Source: Flavobacterium sp.
GTDB taxonomy: Bacteria; Bacteroidota; Bacteroidia; Flavobacteriales; Flavobacteriaceae
Assembly (NCBI GenBank): GCA_040402815.1
Contig: JBBALV010000004.1
Location: forward strand, 81,797-145,796
Length of the DNA: 64,000 bases
Direction: 5' to 3'
Program-made: the position numbers and the translations under genes
The notes under the pieces: generated by a model
Seen by the model: only the letters and a program-made list of their open reading frames with translations
Database searches by the model: none
What the model was told of the DNA's origin: nothing
In this document: positions 1 to 10,703 of the stretch, in pieces
How positions within the stretch are numbered: the first letter of the stretch is position 1
How the letters are laid out: every line of letters begins with the position of its first letter

Positions 1-1
1 C

Positions 2-1405
2 TTCAATCAAATGATTGGCATCTTTTGAAACTTTAAAATAAACGCCTTCAGGTTCACTATCGGCATCTAAATTGAATTTTACTTCTACTTTATCAAATGA
101 AATAGCGCCATCTGCCATTCGTTTTTTACGCATTATTTTAGCTAAATCATCTAATTTTAAAGTAGCAGCCACAATAGCATCAGAAACTACATAAGCACTT
201 CCTGTAATCGATGTTTCTATCGGAATGGTGTTATCTTTCGTTTCAATTATATATTGGGCTTCTTCGTAAGCAAAACGTTGATTAGAATCAATTACAGTGC
301 GTCCAAACCATTGGTTGATCACTGTTGCTTTTTCGTCCATTTCAAAAATAGCCGAGAACGTATATTTTTCTTCATTTGGTCGAAGCGAGCAAGCAAAATT
401 AGATAAAACTTCAGGTAACATGGGTACGACTCGGTCTACTAAATAAACAGATGTAGCACGTTGATAGGCTTCATCATCAAGGATAGTTCCTTCTTGTAAA
501 TAATGAGAAACATCGGCAATATGTATTCCAATTTCATAATTGCCGTTTTCCAACTTTTTGAAAGACAAAGCATCATCAAAATCTTTAGCGTCTTTTGGAT
601 CAATCGTAAAAGTTAAAGTATCGCGCATATCACGACGCTTCGCAATTTCATTTTCTTGTATCGAAGTATCTATTTTTTGAGCAAAAACTTCAACTTCAAT
701 TGGAAATTCTGAAGGTAAACCATATTCGGCTAAAATAGCATGAATTTCAGTATTGTGTTCTCCAGGTTTTCCAAGGATTTTTATAACGGAACCAAAAGGA
801 GAATCGGCTTTTTTAGGCCAATCTTCAATGTGTACTAAAACCACATCACCATTTTCTGCTTCACCAATTTTATCTTTTGGAATAAAAATATCAGTGTACA
901 TTTTTGGATTTGCAGTGGAAACAAATGCAAAATTAGCATGAATAGCAATCACTCCTACAAAATCAGTTTTGGCACGTTCTGTAACTTCAATTACTTCTCC
1001 TTCAGGTCTTTTTCCTTTTCTTCTATTATAAACATAGACTTTTACGCTGTCTTTATCTAAAGCATGATTCAAATTATTGGTTGGAATAAAAACATCTTCT
1101 TCTAGTTCAGGACAAACAAAATAAGCTGTTTTTCTAGATGTCATATCTATTTTTCCTTCATAATAATCTTGTGACATGGCTTTTATTAGAAACTTACCAG
1201 GTTCTGATTCTATAACTACTTTTTGAGCTGCAAGAATTTTTAAATCTTTAATAATTTCATTGCGAGATTTTGTATCATTCAATTCGAGAATGGCACATAT
1301 TTGCTTGTAATCAAAAGGTTTATTGGAATTTTTAGATAATATTTTTACAATTTTTTCAGAGAATGTTTTATTATTCTTAACTGGTTTTCTTAACTTCTTA
1401 CTCAT
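2..1405 (-). CDS. rnr: Ribonuclease R (5' part; runs off the left edge of the window)
   Basis: Not in the ORF track. Manual minus-strand translation from ATG at 1405 gives MSKKLRKPVK..., cold-shock domains, and the RNB motifs TIDPKDAKDFDDALS, GIHIADVSHY and RATSVYLVDRVVPMLP. Confidence 0.95.
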   Translation of the reverse strand, partial: MSKKLRKPVKNNKTFSEKIVKILSKNSNKPFDYKQICAILELNDTKSRNEIIKDLKILAAQKVVIESEPGKFLIKAMSQDYYEGKIDMTSRKTAYFVCPELEEDVFIPTNNLNHALDKDSVKVYVYNRRKGKRPEGEVIEVTERAKTDFVGVIAIHANFAFVSTANPKMYTDIFIPKDKIGEAENGDVVLVHIEDWPKKADSPFGSVIKILGKPGEHNTEIHAILAEYGLPSEFPIEVEVFAQKIDTSIQENEIAKRRDMRDTLTFTIDPKDAKDFDDALSFKKLENGNYEIGIHIADVSHYLQEGTILDDEAYQRATSVYLVDRVVPMLPEVLSNFACSLRPNEEKYTFSAIFEMDEKATVINQWFGRTVIDSNQRFAYEEAQYIIETKDNTIPIETSITGSAYVVSDAIVAATLKLDDLAKIMRKKRMADGAISFDKVEVKFNLDADSEPEGVYFKVSKDANHLIE

Positions 1406-2146
1406 AATCTTTTCTTAATAAAGTTTAAAAATAGTGAATAGTAAGTAGTAATTGGTAATAAGCAGAAAGAATTATCGAAAATATAACTTTTGTAACAAGA
1501 ATTAAAAAAATTGAATACTTTCAACTTAATTAATTTTTTATCTTTTTAAAAGTTTTCAACATGCATTTAAAACAATAAAAAGAAAAGAATTTTAAATTAA
1601 ATTTTTTGTGGTTATTATAGTGTGTTAATAGGTAGTATAACTTTTTTCAGAATTGTTTTTTTTATAAGTTGTAATATGTTATATCTATTTATTAACAACT
1701 ATTTTTGTATTTAAAAGTTTGATTTTTAAGTTTTTTTTACAAGTTATAAACAGTAGTTGATAAGCTAAGAAAAGCATTTTTTGTAAATAACTTTTGTTAT
1801 GAAAATCTGTTAATAAACTACTTTTTTTAGGTGATAACTTTTAAACAAATTCCTAAAACTAAATTAGGTTTTTCAAAGTAGATTTTGGATTACAAATTTT
1901 TTCAACACCACCTAAAAAAACTTCTTATTTTCTATCCAAACTTATCAACATTCAATGTTAACTTAACGTTAACTGATTATCAATTGATTGTGTTTTCTAT
2001 TAACAATGCCTAAAATAAATTTGTTTTAGGTATTGATTTTTAATCACTTATGATTTTTTAAATACTTATTACCTTTATTTTAAAGGTTTTACATAAAGAG
2101 CTAATTGAGTAATAATCCGTTGGTAAAGTCATTTAATTTTATTGGT
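1406..2146. other. Long AT-rich intergenic region with clustered TTATnAACA-like 9-mers; candidate replication origin
   Basis: 9-mers at 1553 TTTTCAACA, 1623 rc CTATTAACA, 1689 TTATTAACA, 1744 TTATAAACA, 1755 rc TTATCAACT, 1782 rc TTATTTACA, 1808 rc TTATTAACA, 1899 TTTTCAACA, 1942 TTATCAACA and 1997 CTATTAACA. IHF-consensus match TATCAATTGATTG at 1978-1990. The oriC call is inference. Confidence 0.45.
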
Positions 2147-4066
2147 TTATTCTTTTACAAATTTTAATTTTTTTATACCAAAATCAGTTGTAATTGTAAT
2201 CAAATGAACTCCAGAAGATAAGTTTGAAATATCCCAAGAAGTAGCCGTTGAGGTTTCAATTAATTTTTGCCCCAATGTATTAAAAATAACTGCTTTTTTA
2301 ATCGCAACACCGTTTGGTACATCTAGAAACAATTTTGTGTTTGTAGTATCAGAATAAATATTTATAGCTTCTAATTCAAAATTTTCTAATCCTAAAGTTA
2401 TCGTGTTATTTTTAGAAATGATATCCTTTTTAGGGTCAAATGTAACGCCTGTAACCACAAACGGAACGTTCATAATAAAAGTTTGCCCATTTGAAGTATT
2501 GTTTAAAATTAAATCTGCTTGTTGTCCACCAACACCCGTAACACGAACCGGAATTGGCATTTCGAAAAAACTAACCGATGGATCTGATTGGGTTTGATTG
2601 ACTACAAATTTCACTCTTCCAGAAGTCCAATTTTGAGCTGTAATGGTATAAGTTGGATAGCCTTGATTGTACACCCAATCATTAAAAAATTCTGTTAAAC
2701 TGCTTCCGTAAACTGCTTCAAGATGCGTTTGTAAATCAGAAGTAGCAGCATATTTATAAGCTAAATTAACATCTGCTAAATAGTTTTTTATACCTTGAAA
2801 AAATAATACATCGCCCATTTTTAAGCGCAACATGTTTAAAACCATTGCTCCTTTATTATAACTTAATCTAGAACTAAAAATTCTATTTACATTTTGAGCC
2901 TCGGTATCCGTTAAATAAACAGCACCATAGGGTTGTGAGGTAATAGAATTAATCATATTTGATTTATCATTTGTAAAGGCGGCTTGCCCATCAAAATTTT
3001 CAATAACCATTGAAGCAACATAGGTTGCAAACCCTTCATTCAACCAGATATCATTCCACGAACCACAAGTAATTTTGTCCCCAAACCATTGATGCGCCAT
3101 TTCGTGTGCAATTAATTGTCTTTCAAAACTCACCATAAATGAAACAGTAGTATGTTCCATTCCGCCCCCCCAACCAAATTGTGCATGACCATATTTTTCA
3201 TTATGAAACGGATATATTTCGAATAAACTACTATATAAATTAAGAATCAAAGGCGTTTGAGCTAATTGTGTTTGAACACTAGCATTAAAAGTTTCAGGAT
3301 AAATATAATTAATTATCGGAAAAGTATTTGGAGCAGTACCTGCGGTTTGATTAAAAACAGTATAATTAGTTACAGCGATTGCTATCAAATACGCTGGAAT
3401 TGGATATCCGTGATGAAAATGTGTGGTTTTGTTATTTCCAGAAATAACGGGAGCGGTAGTTTCAATTCCGTTTGCAACACTGACATATTGTGAAGGAGCA
3501 GTAATATAGACATCTATACTATTTACTTTATCATTCAAATCTTGTTTACACGGCCACCAATCTCTTGCCCCAAATGGTTCAGATAATGTATAAAGTACAG
3601 GATTTCCATTGTGCGTTTGCGTTGTAAAAGCTTGTTCGCCTGTTGAAGGCGCGCCAGAATAGGTAATTTCAACCGTAGCTGATGTTCCTGCTGTTTGAAT
3701 TACTGGTAAATCTATGACCAATTCATTTGTACCTGCTTGGGTAAAGGCTAGTGGAACACCATTTTTTGTTACAGCACTTACATTTAGAACATCGGTTAAA
3801 TCAAAAGTTACCGAAGTCATATCTGATATGGCCGTATATGTGGTTGTGACTACTCCTGATATAAAATAAGCGGATGGATCAACCGTGAATTCTAATTTAT
3901 GATAGGTAATGTCGTAATTTTGAGTATTGGGATTCGTAACTAAATTTATAGTTTTCGAAGCCGTTTTCATTTCGGATTCAACAATTTTATTCAATTCATT
4001 TTGACTTTCTTGAGCTAAAACGGTTGAAAAAGTGAATAAAATAAGAAACAGATAATTATTTTTCAT
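2147..4066 (-). CDS. M1 family aminopeptidase with T9SS type A C-terminal sorting domain
   Basis: Signal peptide, GGMEH, HEMAHQW...NEGFA zinc motif, and a CTD ending IFNTLGQ...KKLKFVKE. Confidence 0.9.
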   Translation of the reverse strand: MKNNYLFLILFTFSTVLAQESQNELNKIVESEMKTASKTINLVTNPNTQNYDITYHKLEFTVDPSAYFISGVVTTTYTAISDMTSVTFDLTDVLNVSAVTKNGVPLAFTQAGTNELVIDLPVIQTAGTSATVEITYSGAPSTGEQAFTTQTHNGNPVLYTLSEPFGARDWWPCKQDLNDKVNSIDVYITAPSQYVSVANGIETTAPVISGNNKTTHFHHGYPIPAYLIAIAVTNYTVFNQTAGTAPNTFPIINYIYPETFNASVQTQLAQTPLILNLYSSLFEIYPFHNEKYGHAQFGWGGGMEHTTVSFMVSFERQLIAHEMAHQWFGDKITCGSWNDIWLNEGFATYVASMVIENFDGQAAFTNDKSNMINSITSQPYGAVYLTDTEAQNVNRIFSSRLSYNKGAMVLNMLRLKMGDVLFFQGIKNYLADVNLAYKYAATSDLQTHLEAVYGSSLTEFFNDWVYNQGYPTYTITAQNWTSGRVKFVVNQTQSDPSVSFFEMPIPVRVTGVGGQQADLILNNTSNGQTFIMNVPFVVTGVTFDPKKDIISKNNTITLGLENFELEAINIYSDTTNTKLFLDVPNGVAIKKAVIFNTLGQKLIETSTATSWDISNLSSGVHLITITTDFGIKKLKFVKE

Positions 4067-4210
4067 TATAAGTAAAATTTTGGTTCAAATGTAATAAATA
4101 ATCTAATATCTTAAAGGAACAGATGAAAACCTTAAGAAATGTTGATACGTTTTTTAAAAACTAAAATACACTAGACCTGATATTGTCGTAGTTTTATAAA
4201 AACATTTCCC

Positions 4211-4218
4211 TAAATTTG
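4211..4218 (+). promoter_or_regulatory. Bacteroidota -7 promoter element of serS
   Basis: TAAATTTG matches TAnnTTTG, 22 nt upstream of the ATG. Confidence 0.7.
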
Positions 4219-4240
4219 CTTCCTTATAAAACAGAAAGAC

Positions 4241-5512
4241 ATGTTACAAATCACCTTTATTAGAGAAAATCAAGAAAAAGTAATTACGGCTTTAGCCAAA
4301 AGAAATATCGATGCCAGAGCTACCGTTACAGAAGTGGTGCAATTGGACGAAAATCGTCGTGCCACTCAAGTAGAACTTGACAACATTTTATCTGAATCTA
4401 ATAAATTATCTAAAGATATTGGTGATTTGATGAAAAATGGCGAAAAATCAAAAGCGGCTATTTTAAAAGAAAAAACCGTTTTATTGAAAGAAAAAAGTAA
4501 AGATTTAGCTATCAAAGCCGATGTTTTTGCTAATGAATTGCTTTTGAAATTATATACTTTGCCAAATCTTCCTGCCGATATCGTTCCTAAAGGAAAAACA
4601 GCGGAAGATAATGTAAATATTTTTCAAGAAGGGGATATTCCTGTATTGCACGAAGGTGCACAACCCCATTGGGAATTAATAAAAAAATACGACATTGTCG
4701 ATTTTGAATTGGGCACAAAATTAACGGCTCCAGGATTTCCAGTGTATAAAGGAAAAGGCGCTAAATTGCAACGCGCTTTGATTTCGTATTTTTTAGACAA
4801 AAACACCGATGCTGGTTACAAAGAATACCAAGTACCTCACATGGTAAACGAAGCTTCGGCTTATGGAACCGGTCAATTACCAGACAAAGAAGGTCAAATG
4901 TATCACGACGCCACCGATAATTTATATTTAATTCCTACAGCAGAAGTTCCGGTCACCAACATTTTTAGAGATGTTATTTTAAACGAAAATGAGTTGCCAA
5001 TTCTTGCCACTGCTCACACACCTTGTTTTAGAAGAGAAGCAGGTTCTTGGGGCGCTAACGTAAGAGGATTGAACCGTTTGCATCAATTTGATAAAGTAGA
5101 AATTGTAAGAATTGAGCATCCTGATAAATCATATCAAGCACTCGAAGGCATGGTTGCACATGTGAAAAATATTCTTCAAGAATTGAAATTACCTTATAGA
5201 ATTCTTCGTCTTTGTGGTGGCGATATGGGTTTCACTTCGGCTTTAACGTATGATTTTGAAGTGTATTCTACTGCACAAGAACGTTGGTTAGAAATCAGTT
5301 CAGTATCAAATTTTGAAACTTTTCAAGCCAACCGTTTGAAATTACGATTCAAAGATAAAGACGGAAAAAACCAATTAGCCCACACTTTAAACGGAAGTTC
5401 ATTGGCTTTGCCACGTGTTTTGGCTGGAATTTTAGAAAACTATCAAACACCAGATGGTATCGAAATTCCTAAAGTTTTAAGAAAATATACAGGGTTTGAT
5501 AGGATAGATTAG
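4241..5512 (+). CDS. serS: Serine--tRNA ligase
   Basis: N-terminal coiled coil, LIPTAEVP, motif 2 FRREAGSWG...RLHQFDKVE, EISSVSN, HTLNGSSLALPR. Confidence 0.98.
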   Translation: MLQITFIRENQEKVITALAKRNIDARATVTEVVQLDENRRATQVELDNILSESNKLSKDIGDLMKNGEKSKAAILKEKTVLLKEKSKDLAIKADVFANELLLKLYTLPNLPADIVPKGKTAEDNVNIFQEGDIPVLHEGAQPHWELIKKYDIVDFELGTKLTAPGFPVYKGKGAKLQRALISYFLDKNTDAGYKEYQVPHMVNEASAYGTGQLPDKEGQMYHDATDNLYLIPTAEVPVTNIFRDVILNENELPILATAHTPCFRREAGSWGANVRGLNRLHQFDKVEIVRIEHPDKSYQALEGMVAHVKNILQELKLPYRILRLCGGDMGFTSALTYDFEVYSTAQERWLEISSVSNFETFQANRLKLRFKDKDGKNQLAHTLNGSSLALPRVLAGILENYQTPDGIEIPKVLRKYTGFDRID

Positions 5513-5645
5513 TATTCAGTGTTCCGGTTGGAATAGAATTATAGCTCTTGAATTATTAATTTTAATATGTTGATTGTATAAAAAAACCCTCTGTAGCACA
5601 AAACACCTCAAAAAGGAATTAACCTTTTTTTAGTACACTTTTCAA

Positions 5646-7424
5646 ATGAAAAAAGTCATTTTAATTTTAATTGTTTTATTTGCCTTTCCAGTTTTCGCGC
5701 AAAACGAACAATTGGCGCAAAATTATTTTGACAAAGGCGATTTTGAAAAAGCATTAATCAGCTATGAAGATTTGTTGAAATCGCAACCTGGAAATGCCTT
5801 TTATTTTCAAAAGCAAATAGAATGTTTGCAACAATTATCACAGTTTGACAAAGCCGAGAAAGGCATTCAAGATCGATTGGACAAATACAAACAACCCAAT
5901 TTATTAATTGAATTAGGATTTAATTTTCAGTTAAAAAAAGACCAAGAAAAAGCTAAAAAAAACTACGAAAAAGCATTAGAAAAAATCAAAGATAATGTTT
6001 CTAATGTGTATCAAATTGCTGCTACATTTGAGAAAAAAGTTTTGTTAGAATATGCTTTGCGCGCCTATCAAATGGCAATTGTAATAGAGCCAAAAATGAA
6101 TTTTAATATTCAAATGGCTATTCTTCATGGGCAAATGGGCAATACCGATTTGATGATTGAAACTTTTTTGAATGAAGCTGTTACTAATCCACAAAACTCG
6201 CCAATGATTCAAAGTCAATTGTCCTATTTCATGAACGACAACAGCTCTGAAACCTTTGTTTTATCGCTGAAAAAAGCCTTGTTAACACGAGCTCAAAAAG
6301 ATCAAAATATTTTTTGGAACCAATATTTAAGTTGGTTTTTTGTGCAACAAAAAGAATATGGAAAAGCCTTTATTCAAGAAAAAGCCATTTACAAACGCGA
6401 GCCCGAATCCCTTTCAAACATTGTGAATTTATCTCAATTGGCAATAGAAGAACACGAATCCGAAACGGCCAAAGAAATTTTGACTTTTGTTTTAGAAAAC
6501 ACCCAAGACACCGATTTAAAAATCAAAGCCAATGTGTTGTTAATGAACATGAAAATCGAGAATGTCATAGAAAAAGACTACCCGATTTTAACTTCAGAAA
6601 TTGAAATATTAGTCAAACAATTTGGCGTAAGTCCTTATTCCTTATCGTTACAAATCTTACAAGCTCATTTTACCGCTTTTTATTTAAAAAATCCAGAACA
6701 AGGCAAGACTATTTTAAAAACGGCTTTGGCATTGCCACTCAACAAATACCAAGAAGCCGATCTTAAGATGGAATTGGCCGATATTTTTCTTTTCGAAGAA
6801 AAATTCAATCAAGCATCCATTTATTATTCCCAAATAGAAGAAGATTTAAACAGTGATGAAGTAGGTCACGAAGCCAGTTTAAAAGCGGCTAAAACCAGTT
6901 ATTTTAAAACTGATTTCGAATGGGCGTTAAAGCAATTTAAAGCATTAAAATCGGCATCAACGCAACTGATTGCCAACGATGCCTTAGAACTTTTTTTATT
7001 AATAAATGACAATACGGTAGCCGATTCAACACAGGTTGCTTTAAAAAAATTTGCCAGAGGTGATTATTTGTTATATCAAAACAAAACCCAAGAAGCTTTG
7101 GCGCAATTTCAAGCAATTTTAAAAGAAAACAAAGGAAACGAAATAGAAAGTATAACCTTATTCCGATTGGGGAAAACCTATGAAAAGCTAGGCGATTTTA
7201 CTTCGGCTTTACAACATTATCAAGAAATTATTGACCATCATTCCGAAGGTATTTATATTGACGAAGCCCTTTATTTTTCAGCAGAAATCTATAAAAAACA
7301 GCTCAAAGACGTTGAAAAAGCCAAGGCGCTTTATGAGAAAATATTGTTTAAACACGAAGACAGTATTTATTTTATTGATGCTCGAAAAAAATACAGACAA
7401 TTGCGAGGGGATAAAGAATTATAG
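5646..7424 (+). CDS. Secreted tetratricopeptide-repeat protein
   Basis: Signal peptide and repeated helical TPR-like units (e.g. LFRLGKTYEKLGDFTSALQHYQEII). Confidence 0.85.
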   Translation: MKKVILILIVLFAFPVFAQNEQLAQNYFDKGDFEKALISYEDLLKSQPGNAFYFQKQIECLQQLSQFDKAEKGIQDRLDKYKQPNLLIELGFNFQLKKDQEKAKKNYEKALEKIKDNVSNVYQIAATFEKKVLLEYALRAYQMAIVIEPKMNFNIQMAILHGQMGNTDLMIETFLNEAVTNPQNSPMIQSQLSYFMNDNSSETFVLSLKKALLTRAQKDQNIFWNQYLSWFFVQQKEYGKAFIQEKAIYKREPESLSNIVNLSQLAIEEHESETAKEILTFVLENTQDTDLKIKANVLLMNMKIENVIEKDYPILTSEIEILVKQFGVSPYSLSLQILQAHFTAFYLKNPEQGKTILKTALALPLNKYQEADLKMELADIFLFEEKFNQASIYYSQIEEDLNSDEVGHEASLKAAKTSYFKTDFEWALKQFKALKSASTQLIANDALELFLLINDNTVADSTQVALKKFARGDYLLYQNKTQEALAQFQAILKENKGNEIESITLFRLGKTYEKLGDFTSALQHYQEIIDHHSEGIYIDEALYFSAEIYKKQLKDVEKAKALYEKILFKHEDSIYFIDARKKYRQLRGDKEL

Positions 7425-7477
7425 TTTCAAATCTGTAATTTTTATCTAAAACCATCACCTAAAACCTAAAATCTAAT

Positions 7478-7789
7478 ATGATTATTTATAATGTTACAAC
7501 AAATATTCACGAAAGTGTTCATGACCAATGGTTGCATTGGATGCAGCAAAAACACATTCCAGAAATTTTAGCTACTGGAAAATTTTCAACTGCACGATTG
7601 GTAAAAGTGCTTATTGAAGAAGAAATGGGTGGAATTACCTATTCTGTTCAATATACTACGGATAGTAAGGCTACTTTAGAGAAATATTACATCGAAGACG
7701 CACCTAAATTAAGAGACGAAGCCTTGCAATTATTTGGCGATAAAATGTTGGCTTTTAGAACAGAATTGGAATTGATCTCAGAGCATTAA
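7478..7789 (+). CDS. DUF4286 family protein
   Basis: MIIYNVT...W..WM...HIPE.LATG.F pattern typical of this Bacteroidota family. Confidence 0.8.
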   Translation: MIIYNVTTNIHESVHDQWLHWMQQKHIPEILATGKFSTARLVKVLIEEEMGGITYSVQYTTDSKATLEKYYIEDAPKLRDEALQLFGDKMLAFRTELELISEH

Positions 7790-7939
7790 AAAGTATTCTG
7801 TGTTCGGTATTTTTTTACAAGTTGAAATTAAAAATTTTAATTGTTTTGATTAGCGAAAAGCCTTTTGGACTAATTTACAATAAATAAACCAGTAACCCTC
7901 TTTACAATTTTTTGCCTTAGTTGCAAAATAATACTATTT

Positions 7940-8719
7940 ATGGAAAAAGTAAAAGCAAAAAAACACCTTGGACAGCACTTTTTGAAAGACGAAAGTATCG
8001 CAAAAGCGATTGCCGACACTTTAAATTTAGAAGGCTATAGCGATGTTTTAGAAATAGGACCAGGAATGGGGGTTTTGACTAAATATTTATTAGAAAAACC
8101 AATAAACACCTACGTTATTGAAATTGATACCGAATCGGTGACTTATTTGGATGAAAATTATCCCAAACTAAAAGATAAAATCATTTCACAAGACTTTTTA
8201 AAATACAACATCAACGAAGTTTTTGAAGGAAAACAGTTTGCCATAATTGGGAATTTTCCTTACAATATTTCTACGCAAATTGTTTTCAGAACATTGGAAA
8301 TGCGCAGCCAAATTCCTGAATTTGCAGGAATGTTTCAAAAAGAAGTAGCGGAACGCATTTGCGAAAAAAAAGGGACAAAAGCCTACGGAATTTTATCCGT
8401 TTTGGTTCAAGCATTTTACGATACCGAATACCTTTTTACAGTTGACGAGCATGTTTTTATTCCGCCTCCAAAAGTGAAATCAGGGGTTTTGCGTTTGCGA
8501 AGAAAGGAAAATTTTACTTTGCCTTGCGGCGAAAAATTGTTTTTTACTGTCGTGAAAACCGCTTTTCAGCAACGAAGAAAAACCTTGAGAAATAGTTTAA
8601 AAACGTTAAATTTGTCCGACAGTTTAAAAGAAGATGCCATTTTTAATCTGCGACCAGAGCAACTGAACGTGGCACAATTTATTGAACTTACCCAAAAAAT
8701 AGAAGCCGATGGAATTTAA
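7940..8719 (+). CDS. rsmA: 16S rRNA m6,2A1518/1519 dimethyltransferase
   Basis: [48 protein letters not shown]. Confidence 0.97.
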   Translation: MEKVKAKKHLGQHFLKDESIAKAIADTLNLEGYSDVLEIGPGMGVLTKYLLEKPINTYVIEIDTESVTYLDENYPKLKDKIISQDFLKYNINEVFEGKQFAIIGNFPYNISTQIVFRTLEMRSQIPEFAGMFQKEVAERICEKKGTKAYGILSVLVQAFYDTEYLFTVDEHVFIPPPKVKSGVLRLRRKENFTLPCGEKLFFTVVKTAFQQRRKTLRNSLKTLNLSDSLKEDAIFNLRPEQLNVAQFIELTQKIEADGI

Positions 8720-10058
8720 AATCAGCAAAGCGTTTATATCCGAATTAGAACAATTAATTCAAACCCAAAACGACCCACAACTTGAAGTCGTTTTGAATGA
8801 TATGCACCATGCTGATATTGCCGAAATTCTAGACGAACTTAATTTTGATGATGCCACCTATATTTTCAGGGTACTCGATAGCGAAAAAACGTCCGAAATT
8901 TTATTAGAATTAGAAGATGATTTAAGGGAGAATATCTTGAGTCGCCTTTCGCCAAAAGAAATTGCTGAAGAAATAGACGAGCTCAACACCGATGATGCTG
9001 CCGACATTATTGCCGAACTTTCCAAAAGCCGAAAAGAAGAAGTAATTTCGGAGTTGCTAGACGTAGAGCACGCCAAGGATATTGTCGATTTATTGCGCTA
9101 TGACGAAGACACTGCGGGTGGATTGATGGGAAAAGAGCTTATCAAAGTCAACGAAAATTGGAGCGTACTCACTTGTGTCAAAGAAATGCGTTTGCAAGCC
9201 GAAAACGTATCCAAAGTTTATTCAGTTTATGTGGTCGATGATGAAAATCGGCTAAAAGGGCGGCTTTCGCTCAAAGATTTGTTAACCACTTCTACTAAGA
9301 CGCATATTAGTGATATTTATATTCGAAAAATAAATTCTGTTTCGGTTGACATTGAAGATGTCGAGGTAGCCCGAATCATGCAAAAATACGACCTCGACGC
9401 CATTCCTGTGGTGGACGAAATGGGTTGCCTTGTCGGACTTATTACGATTGATGACGTTATCGATGTAATCAAAGACGAAGCCGATCAAGATTATCAATTG
9501 GCGGCGGGTATCACACAAGATATTGAAACCACTGATAGCATTTTCGAACTTACAAAAGCCCGTTTGCCGTGGCTTATCATCGGGATGTTGATCGAAATTG
9601 TTGCTTCGTTTGTATTAAAAAGCAACCAAGGCGCTTTTCAAAAATATTCCACTTTAATTATTTTCGTTCCCTTACTATCTGCTACAGCAGGAAACATTGG
9701 CGTGCAAGCCTCGGCAATTGTTGTTCAAGGATTAGCGAATGGTACACTAAAAGAATTCAGCCGGCAGTATTTCAGCAAAGAAATTGCTGTAGCAATGATA
9801 TCTGGAACCATTATTTCCTTGTTCTTATTAGGTTATCATTCTTTTATGTATCAACAATATCAGGTAGGTTTAGCCATTTCGATTTCTATAATTGTTGTGA
9901 TATTATTTGCCGCAACTTTAGGCACCTTAGTACCACTTTTTCTTCATAAAAACAAAATAGATCCCGCCATCGCTACCGGTCCATTTATCACAACCACTAA
10001 CGACGTTTTTGGTATTATTTTGTACTTTGGAATTGCGCAGTTGATATTGGGTTATTAA
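8709..10058 (+). CDS. mgtE: Magnesium transporter MgtE
   Basis: HHADIAE N-domain, CBS pair, [23 protein letters not shown]. Overlaps the rsmA end by 11 nt. Confidence 0.95.
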   Translation: MEFKISKAFISELEQLIQTQNDPQLEVVLNDMHHADIAEILDELNFDDATYIFRVLDSEKTSEILLELEDDLRENILSRLSPKEIAEEIDELNTDDAADIIAELSKSRKEEVISELLDVEHAKDIVDLLRYDEDTAGGLMGKELIKVNENWSVLTCVKEMRLQAENVSKVYSVYVVDDENRLKGRLSLKDLLTTSTKTHISDIYIRKINSVSVDIEDVEVARIMQKYDLDAIPVVDEMGCLVGLITIDDVIDVIKDEADQDYQLAAGITQDIETTDSIFELTKARLPWLIIGMLIEIVASFVLKSNQGAFQKYSTLIIFVPLLSATAGNIGVQASAIVVQGLANGTLKEFSRQYFSKEIAVAMISGTIISLFLLGYHSFMYQQYQVGLAISISIIVVILFAATLGTLVPLFLHKNKIDPAIATGPFITTTNDVFGIILYFGIAQLILGY

Positions 10059-10234
10059 ACATATCCTTACAATTCAAATTTACTATAAAAAACGAGTCGC
10101 AATGCGTCTTAACATTAAAAAAAAATAACCTACATTACTAGAAAACTTTTTGCCATACTTAAAAGAAAAGAAAGCATAAGCCACAAAAGCAAGTCTTATT
10201 TTTCTACATTTGCATAGAAAAAAACAAATTTTCA

Positions 10235-10618
10235 ATGAAAACATCCCTACTAATTTGCATTTCAAGTGCTCTAATGTTAGTGTCTTGCAAAAAAGAAAGC
10301 CAAGAATTTCAGGGAAAATCAATTACTCCCGTTCCCGAAGCTTCAATTTCATCAGGAAAAACTATTTTTGAAGGAAAAGGAATGTGTATTTCATGCCACA
10401 AACAAGACGTGAAATTAATCGGACCAAGCCTCCAAGACATTGCAAAAATTTATAAAGAAAAAAACGGAAACATAATTTCGTTTTTAAAAGGGGAGGACGA
10501 AGCATTAGTAGATCCATCACAATACGAAGTGATGAAAACCAATTTAGCTATAACTAAAACCTTTTCTGACGAGGAATTGAAAAGCATTGAATTGTATGTC
10601 AATTCGTTTTCAAAATAA
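10235..10618 (+). CDS. Monoheme c-type cytochrome lipoprotein
   Basis: Lipobox LVSC, CISCH heme motif, IGPSLQDIA, distal Met. -7 element TACATTTG at 10205-10212. Confidence 0.85.
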   Translation: MKTSLLICISSALMLVSCKKESQEFQGKSITPVPEASISSGKTIFEGKGMCISCHKQDVKLIGPSLQDIAKIYKEKNGNIISFLKGEDEALVDPSQYEVMKTNLAITKTFSDEELKSIELYVNSFSK

Positions 10619-10703
10619 CGTTATTTAGTAAAACGAAAGGAAGTTTCAATTTACAAATAGGTATTTGTGACCAACTAGGATTTAATAAGTTACTTTTTCA
10701 AGC

